Made by a program: the position numbers and the translations under genes
Part shown: piece by piece, positions 55,436 to 64,000 of the stretch
How the letters are laid out: every line of letters begins with the position of its first letter
Numbering within the stretch: position 1 is the first letter of the stretch
Origin: Chrysomallon squamiferum
Taxonomy: Eukaryota; Animalia; Mollusca
DNA: 64,000 bases
Direction: 5' to 3'
Assembly: GCA_012295275.1 (NCBI GenBank)
Contig: CM022671.1
Span: forward strand, 34,844,001 to 34,908,000
The notes under the pieces: model-generated
The model's database searches: none
Told to the model about the DNA's origin: nothing
The model's input: the letters and a program-made list of their open reading frames with translations, nothing else

Positions 55436-57533
55436 TATTTTTTATTTTTTTCAGGTGAAGATCGATGGCTGTGCACACTGATGATGATGCGGGGATGGAA
55501 ACTCGAGTATATCGACCACTCTCGTAACACAACACACTGTCCTGAGTTCTTCACTGAGTTTCTGCGTCAGCGACGTCGGTGGGTGCTTTCAGAGTTGTCC
55601 AACATGGTGCTCATTTTTAAACACCTCGCCGAGCTTGTCAGAAGCAACGCCAACTTCTCCGTCATCTTCATCATGTCGTTGCTGCAGATGTTCCTGTGGG
55701 TTCTTCTCTCGCCATCCACCACCTTGTTTATTCTGAGTCTGTCGTGCGAGATTCTCTTTGACGTGCCAGTAGTTGTCGTTATCCCAGTTACACATGCTGC
55801 ACTCATCGGTTATGCTGTCGTCTGCTGCTTGGGAAGCAGACGAACACAGAATTCGGTGACCTTGGCCTTTCTAGTGACCATTGTCATTTTTATGCTGACT
55901 GTTGGAATAGCTTTTATCAAATATGTCGTCGATTCAGTTCAAGAAGGTGAGTTTTTTGTGTTTTCCTTAAAGCTTAGTGACTGAGTACAGCTGCAGGATT
56001 AGTTCTTGTCACTGCGTTTATAGAATTATTTATCGTTTAAGCCAAAGCTCTAAGATTGGTGAATCAAAGGCCGCGCTTGCAAATTGTCTGTTACCTCTAA
56101 TTTTCCTTATTATTTTTGTCATATTTTGTCTAAAAAACGGCTCCAAAACAGATTTTGATTAATGAGATTTTTAAACAATTTCAGATATCAGTAGCGGCCA
56201 TTTTCAGTTCAGACCGTATTTTCTGGTGATTCTTCTGATAAGTGGAACAGTTTATGCAGCACTGATCCATCCTGGAGAATGGCAGAACCTGGTCTACGGA
56301 ATCGCGTATGCTTTCATGTTTCCTGCGATGTTCATAATTCTACCCGTTTATTCCGTGGCAAACATGGTTGATCAGACTTGGGGAACACGTGAATCGGTAT
56401 CGTATATATCGTTATTATTATCAGTAGTAGTAGTAGCAATAGAAATAGTATTTATTTATTTTCTTTCTTTTTTTTACTTTTGTATTTTTATTTATATTTA
56501 TTATTGTTGTTGTTCTTGTTGAGAATCACATCTTCCTGAAGAGATGTAAGTCTATTATATCTACTCTTCATTAAACGTGTTTCAAAATGGATCCATTAAC
56601 ACATTATATAACTTTTATAAAATAATAATCCGTCATGGATACTGGAATCCAATTTTACGAAACTATATATTATTTCGTGTTTTTTTTTTCTCTCTCTCTC
56701 TCTTTCTCTTTTCCCTGTTGGACATATGCAAGATTGTGTGGTTCAGAACTCTAAATTCTTGAATATTACACATATTTGTTGTTTCTTTGCAGGCATCTCA
56801 TTCAGGTGAATACTGGTGCAAACAAAATAACACAGAGAAAGGTACTGTACTATACATGTCATTAAAATCTTCTAATTGAAAGAATCGAATGAATACGTGA
56901 AATAATAATTCAGTGAGTCAATCACGGAGTGCATATTTTTAATGGCACCTCACTTGTCAGTGCTAACATTTATGAGTCAAACGGTGGGGTCCTTCAATGT
57001 TTATTTCATTTTTTTTTTTGTTGTACTTGTCATCATCATCGTCATCATCATCATCGTTATTATTATTTTAGAGGCTTCTTTTACAATGTATTCTTATACT
57101 AATGATTAGCTAACATCTTTCAGAAACTGAAACGGTAGACGTTGAAACCGTCAGACTTCCGACCTTGACCCCCAAAACGGCTGTCCCCAAATCCGAGATG
57201 CAGTTCTGGGAAAGCCTTAGAACATCTTTGCTTGGTACAGAAGTGAATTGTGGGAAGAAAACAGAAAGGCTGCTTCAGAGTTTGACCAAGCTAAGAAACA
57301 AGTGCATCACACTAACAGTTCTTCTGAACACAGCGTGGCTGGGAGTTCTGTCTGCTTTGTACGTGTTTTCAAACACAGACGCTTTATGCTACATCGTAGC
57401 TGCTGTATTCAGCTTCTCATTAGTGGTACAGCTTGTAGGACTGACGTCGTACAAAATAGACAATTGCCTGCGTCGTCACATTATTCGAAAAGTAGGTTCT
57501 AGTCACCAGATATGGGTTAAGGAAAGACATTAA
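50542..57533 (+). CDS. CHS: Chitin synthase (GT2, metazoan type, no myosin head); exons 50542-50577, 51419-51534, 51899-52025, 52395-52541, 52692-54624, 54823-54978, 55455-55946, 56185-56396, 56793-56841, 57124-57533
   Basis: Motifs CTTMFKET, TPYG, KAKKRWSQVMYM, LATDADT, GAACGR, WYQKFEYSK-DFWLVKA, VTCCPGCFSLYR, GEDRWLCTL, QRRRW, TWGTRE and EMQFW...LTKLRNK. All introns are GT-AG with consistent phases. The first four exons (N-terminal TM region) are less certain. Confidence 0.92.
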
Positions 57534-57559
57534 TAGTTATTTTATCATACCGAATATAA

Positions 57560-58050
57560 TGTTTATTCTAAGAATTAGATATAGGTCAATGACGTTATAG
57601 TGATCCGATATGAGTGTCAGTCAAGGACATTATTGTTTATTCCAGAGTCATGACATTAATTATAGTCATCAGATATGGGTCAAAGACATTAACTTTTATT
57701 TTGGTCTGCAGATAAAGGTCAAACAAAAACCTTAATGTTTATTCCAGTCATGGAGTACAGGTCAAACAAGACATTGATATTTATTCCAGTCATCATGTTT
57801 AGGTCAAAACCATGATTTTAATTATAATTATCAAGTATAGGTTAAAGACATTAACGTTTATTCTAGTCACCATGTTTAGGTCAAAGTCATGACGTTAATT
57901 CTAGTTATCAGATATTGTCAAACAAGACATTGTCTTTTATGGTAGTCATCAAATATGGGTCAGACATATTATAACGTCAATTTTAGTCATTAGATGTGGG
58001 TCAAACAAAGATATTAACGTTTATTCAAGTCATCTGAAATAACTGAAAGA
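57560..58050. repeat. Degenerate ~40-bp minisatellite in the chitin synthase 3' region
   Basis: Recurrent AGTCATCAGATATGGGTCAAA..GACATTAACGTTTATTC, about 11 copies. Confidence 0.7.
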
Positions 58051-59095
58051 AAATATTCCAGTCAGATATTAATGAACACGGTCTAATTTGTGTCAGACCA
58101 TATTGTGCTATAATTGTTATTTAAATGATCTCAAATATACCACATACTGAACTGAATCTAGACAGATAACCAACGGCATTGACAATTGTGTTGTTAAATA
58201 TCTCTGTTAACACGAAACTTCTATAGATCCTATATAGCAAAGTTTACGAGGATACCGAGATATAACAAGTGTCGTTTATTCTTTAGCCAGCAGTGCTATA
58301 AGCTGTGGTTTACCGTAACTAAATACCTTATTATCAGTAAATCCAGCATTTAAATACGAGATTCAAGAGGTGATTTAGACAAAGCATTAGACACAGACAT
58401 CTATTTTTTATCACAGGGTTATGATTTGACGTAATACAAATATATGCATAATCGAAATATTTTAACTAATTTTCAGTATTAATATTTTTATATTCGCTCT
58501 TTTGTACAACATTGCTACTTTTGTGAACAGGTTATTATGCTCCCAGCGCTTACAGATATACAAATTATGTATCATCTTCTGCTTACGATTTTATTTAAAA
58601 CTGTGTGCGTGTGCATATGCGTCTGTGTACGCGTGCGAAACTGCTAACGAAAAATAAATAAAATAAAGGAATAAGAAATAATGCAGGTACCTCATAAAGA
58701 AAGTTAATTGGATACTGAACGGGTTAAAACCTGCAGCCTTTCGAGCATGAAGCAAAGGTTCAAACAGTTCTTAGTTTGTAAAAAAAAACAAAAAAACTTG
58801 ACAAACGATGACATTTTATTCCCTCATTTTAACAAATGTAAAAATAAAATATGTAATAAATAATTCATTTAACATTTTTCACTGTCTAGATTGTAAGTCC
58901 CCTCTTTTTTATCTTTCTTTTTTCCTAACAGAAACCTTTAGACAAATATTTACAGACAGATGTGGTTTTTTTGAATTTTGTATTTTAAAGCTTTATGTCT
59001 GTCCAGAATTTCATATAGAACAAAATATTAAAACAAAACAAATGAAAGGTGCAGTGATTTAAAAAAAAAAAAAAAATATTATAATTTCACAAAAT

Positions 59096-59142
<47 letters not shown>

Positions 59143-62100
59143 TAGGAAAAAAAATGTTAGCAAAAATTTTAGTGGTTATTTTAATGAAATACTTAGGTTA
59201 AATTTCAAAGCGTCTAAATATATTAAACATAATTAATGCAAGCATATCTGTATATTTAATAAATAAAATAGAAAACAAAAAGAAAAGAAAAAAGTGTCAG
59301 TAATATACACTGAGTTTTAAAAGACTGAACAAGTAATTTTGTTTAAACATGTTTAGATGAAAGTTATTTTTATACAAACTTTTACACACTGGTATTAGGT
59401 TGGGGTGAATTTATTTTAAAATTTTCACTTTCTTTCTAGTTTTCTTAATTATTAATTTATTAGTATCATTAGATTAAAAATGGGCTTCAGTGTATGGAGT
59501 TAGCTGTGAGGACAAAAAATGTTAACTTTGAATAAAGGATTCTTATACTTTTCATTACATTTTTAAACTTATATTATTATTTAAGCAGCCAATATACAGG
59601 TGCACATGACATTATATATTTATATACATATAATACACAAAACTGCGTATTCCTTTAACAAATTTGTACATTATCCTAAGGTTCACATTTGGTTTGAATA
59701 TTCCATTTGGTGTACATCATACAAACATTTAACACACAAGGCTGGTATTTGGCTAGAGTATTCTTACAAAAAATATAATTAAAAATACATAAATAAATAA
59801 AATAAATAAATAAATAAAATTAAAAATTACAACCTTCACATTTATTTTTCACTGTCAATCAAACTTGTTAAATAACATTTAATTTTAGACTGTGTTAAAT
59901 CCCATGTTGGTCCATGTTAAATCTAAAAAATTTTAAAATAAACATTCAGATCCTTGAAAACTGTAAAATGTTCTAAAAATTAACAGCCACTCCACTTTCA
60001 CTTTTTATGGAAAATTTCTTTAAAATATGCAAATATTTCCTAACATATGTGTTAAAAAACAAACTAAACAAAAAAGCACAAAAACAAAAACATAAATAAT
60101 ACCCATGTATAAGGCACATTCTGAATTTATCAGTGATAAACTAGTGAGTTTTATATATCTAGCTTCAAGCCATTACAGCTATCAGATCCATTTTCAGACA
60201 AGACCAACCTTCAACATCAAGCTGGCTTGCAAACAAATATTGCCCATTCTGTGTTAAAACCATGTTGAAAGTAATCTAGCATTATGTGATTTATTTCTGA
60301 CTCATGAAAGAAAAATAATTTTCTTTTTCTTTCTGTTTTTTTAAATTACGAACAGAGCTAAATGAATGGTAGATGACACAGGAAGGTAAATATTGCACTA
60401 AATAAAAATACAGCATTCTCATCAGTAATGTATTTTGTGATTAACAGAAGAAAACCTATGGAAAACCTACCCAAAAACATAGGATATACACTCACTGGTT
60501 TTTCCCAGTCCAAGACTGGGTTTACTGTTTTCAAAAAAAACAATTTAAGGGGCTGTTAAAAAAAATCATATATAAGACTGAGTTGTGCTGTGTTTCCATT
60601 GATGTATCTGTTGCAAACAAAACAAACCATTTACGCCAGACATTTCTGTTCTAGTAGGCAAATAAAATTTTGGCATGTTTTAAAGTACCACTGATGTCAT
60701 GAAACTTAACAAAATTAAATGTTTAATCTGACAATTTACCAACTAAAGTTTTTTTTATCGTGATGAAAAATAATGTGACATATCATTTTAAAGATTTACT
60801 GTGTAATTGCTGAAAACATCAAAATAAAAATCCTCTTTGTAGGAACTAGTCACAAATAATAATAACAATAACAACAACAATAATAATAAAAATAATAACA
60901 ACAATAATAATAAAAATAATAATTGATAATAATAATAATAATAATAAAATTGATAACAATTATGATAAATAATATTAATGGTAATCAATAATATTATTAT
61001 TATTATTATTGCTGTTATTATTGTTGTTATTACTATTACAGCAGAAAGCTCTTGTGAAGATATATAGTGCTACACATCAAGAAATATATATATACAGATG
61101 ACCCACTCAACACATTTCTAACTTACTATTATATAGTATTGTATCATATTTTATTGTTAAGGACCACAGTGAAAAACAATGCCCACTCCCACTATGCTGT
61201 GAGTTATTTTTTTAATTGCCACAGTTGCAGTAAAAAAAAAAGTTCATGGATATTATCATACAGGGCTTTGTTTCATTCCATTAAATTTGAGGAAGAGTGA
61301 TTTGAACAAAAAGGTCCACTACCAAGTAACAAGTGAAACTTGACAACTGAACTAGAATTTGCCACATTCTAAGTTAAAAAGATATTAAAACTGAAAGTTC
61401 TGTTAGCATGTTAAAACAGGTTGGAAACTTCAAAGAGTTAAAGGCACTCAAACAATAAAATACCAAAAATTAAAGTTTGTGATTACTTATTGTATTGCCA
61501 TAAATAAATAAATCATTAATATATCAGGATATATATATTTTTGTTTGTTTTTCATTATTAATATTCTCATGATGTATTAATAATAAAATTAACAATGTAA
61601 CGTTTATAAAAGAAACTAAAATGTTCAGTGTTTTAAGAAAGTAAAAATAAAATACATATTATGATTTTTCAAATAAAATGGGATAAACAATAAACAATAA
61701 AAAATACATATAAGAATACAAAGAAAGAGATTTATAATAATAATAATAATAATAATAACAGTAATAACGTTAATGATAAGGAGTACAAGACCCTGAGTGG
61801 AATATTGCATATTATTACCCCTATATATGTAAACAGATGTTTCAACCTAGATGAGAAATAACCCACAAAAAAATGCCTCTGCCACTAACAACACACATAA
61901 TGCCTACATTAAAAGCACCTTCTTAAAATCCTCAGGATATACTGATAAAAAATAATGTAATTCATAATTTTACAGTTTACCTAACAATTCTATATGAAAG
62001 ATGTCTCTGACAAATAAATAAACAAGGCAAAATGGTAAGCCTCAAATTTATCTGCGTACATTTTATCATATAACTATGTAACAGCACTTTGAAAATAGTT

Positions 62101-62389
62101 CTTGTTCTAGGAGTGAAAGGGGGTGGGGTGGGGGATATCAAATTTTTTACAAATTAGAGATAAAAAAATAAAATCTGATATGTTTGTGAAAAAGATGAAT
62201 AAACCTGAATGAAGCACAGATTTGATTTGTTGTTAAGTGACCTTTTAATGCTAGAAACAGTGGAAAGCATGTAGAAAAAACATCCCTTGTTCACCACAAC
62301 CAAATAAAATGAAAAAAAAAAAAAAAAAAAAAAACTAGTTTTAAAACTTTCAAGAATACACATAAAATACTTTTTAAAGTGTCCAATGT

Positions 62390-63606
62390 TTATACATGAA
62401 TGAGATCACCATCAGCCTCCACTGCATCAGTTGCTGTTGCTGTAGTTGTGGTTTCCATCATGGTTGTGTTTGTGATTGTTTTGACGACTTCTCGAAGCTC
62501 GTTCACTTCTGATTCAATAGATCTGTAACAAATCAAAGTATTAAAATAAAAATAGAAAATTTAAATTGATTTAATATATAAAAAAAAAAAAAGAAGAAAT
62601 ATTTAATCAAATGTTTTTATTTTCATAGAACTACAACAAATGAAAGTAATAAACTACAAAAAATTTAAAACTGATTTAGTAATACCAAAAATAAAAGATA
62701 TTTTACCAAACACATTTTGTGTTTGAAATTACCTATTTTCATAAACCTTTAACAAATAAAAGTATTAAAATATAAAATGTAAAAATAAATTAATTTAACA
62801 ATATTAAAAAAATTTAAAAATAATTATTTTACAAAAAGCTTTTAAATTAGAATTTTAAGACAAGAAATACTAGCCTCCAGTTTTCACTTGAAGTATGTAC
62901 CACTGTAGTGTGTACATCCATCTGTTTCTGTAGACCACTGATTTCAGCTCGTAGAGAACTTAGACAAGTGTGCAGGTTATCTAGAGGTCTGAAATACACA
63001 GAAACATACACAATGAACAATACACATTTCTACCACAGTTCTGAAATACACAGGAAACATACACAATGAACAATACACGTTTTTAACATAGGTCTGAAAT
63101 ACACAGGAAACATACACAATGAACAATACACATTTTTACTACAGGCCTGAAATACAGAAACATATATGATGAACAATATCCTTTTTTTTACTGCAGATCT
63201 GAAATACACAGAAATATACACACTGAACAATACACATTTTAACTACAGGTGTGAAATACACAGAAACATACACACTGAACAATACACATTTTTACCACAG
63301 GTCTGAAATACGCAGGAAGTTACAAAATACAATATAGCCATCACAATTTATAATTTTTTATGTAATGAAGCTCAAGCAACAGGTACCTGCTTTCCAGAGT
63401 TCTTGCTGCTGTGTCTTCCAGCAGTTTTTCTACAGCTTCCAGATCAAGTGGCAGCGGAGGTATCGTGATTGTGTCCTCCATATCAACCTGAGTCTCTTTG
63501 TCTTCTCCATTCACAGACTCAGAATTCTTCTTCTTCGACTGGAGTTTCTTCGTCAGCTGTTCAATTTGTCCAATATTAGCAGTTAACTTCATTGTAGATG
63601 TTAATA
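62390..63606 (-). CDS. GOLGA3: 3' end of a golgin subfamily A member 3 (golgin-160)-like coiled-coil gene; exons ~63606-63387, 62988-62875, 62522-62390; continues beyond the window
   Basis: The spliced product ...TIPPLPLDLEAVEKLLEDTAARTLESRPLDNLHTCLSSLRAEISGLQKQMDVHTTVVHTSSENWRSIESEVNELREVV...DLIHV* resembles the golgin-160 C-terminus as I recall it (PLKNLNSCLQQLKQEMDSLQRQMEEH...SSW). The 5' boundary of the first visible exon is uncertain. Confidence 0.72.
62985..63320. repeat. ~52-bp minisatellite, about 6-7 copies, containing the GOLGA3 splice acceptor
   Basis: Unit GGTCTGAAATACACAGAAACATACACAATGAACAATACACATTTTTACCACA; on the minus strand it reads ...TGTGTATTTCAG|ACC. Confidence 0.9.
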
Positions 63607-64000
63607 CTAGATTTATTCTCACAAGACTGTTTTTACAGGTGATGTAGGAGTCGGTAAAATGAATATTTTCAGACGTTTTCAGGAAATATGAAGATAATGT
63701 TAAATGGATAGATTTGAAAAACAGATTCTGTTTGTCTGCATGCACATGCAAGTATATCTTGTGAAATAATAATTTTTATTGTATTTTTAGTCAATGCAGA
63801 AATCATTTACAATGTTTCTACTTCTGTAATTTTTCCTCTACCCAAATATTCATTTATTACATTTATCTGAACAAATTCAGTTTTCAATCAATTCTAACAT
63901 GCACTGTATCTAACATATGATAAAAAAAAATAATATATTCAGTAGGCTGGATCATAAACATATCTGTCACAACAGCATAAAATAATAACAAACTATAAAC

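Overview
AT-rich animal genomic DNA, probably a mollusc or other lophotrochozoan (inferred from the gene families and the microsatellite-rich introns). I reconstructed the genes by hand from splice sites and translation. In order: a 20-exon kinase suppressor of Ras (KSR, minus strand) head-to-head with RFC5 (plus strand) across a 283-bp bidirectional promoter; two tandem paralogous class A orphan GPCRs, each with one coding exon and lacking the DRY aspartate; VPS37B/C-like (minus); a 10-exon chitin synthase with a large insertion in its catalytic domain (plus); and the 3' end of a golgin-160/GOLGA3-like gene (minus). Several 1-nt homopolymer frameshifts in KSR, RFC5 and GPCR1, plus one garbled RFC5 exon, point to long-read consensus errors rather than pseudogenes. 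The most notable observations are a Tigger4/Zombi-like MITE, KSR-RFC5-VPS37-GOLGA3 linkage mirroring human 12q24, a U12 intron in RFC5, minisatellites seeded at splice junctions, and a dense CRE cluster upstream of the chitin synthase. No prokaryotic-type system (CRISPR, operon) is present.
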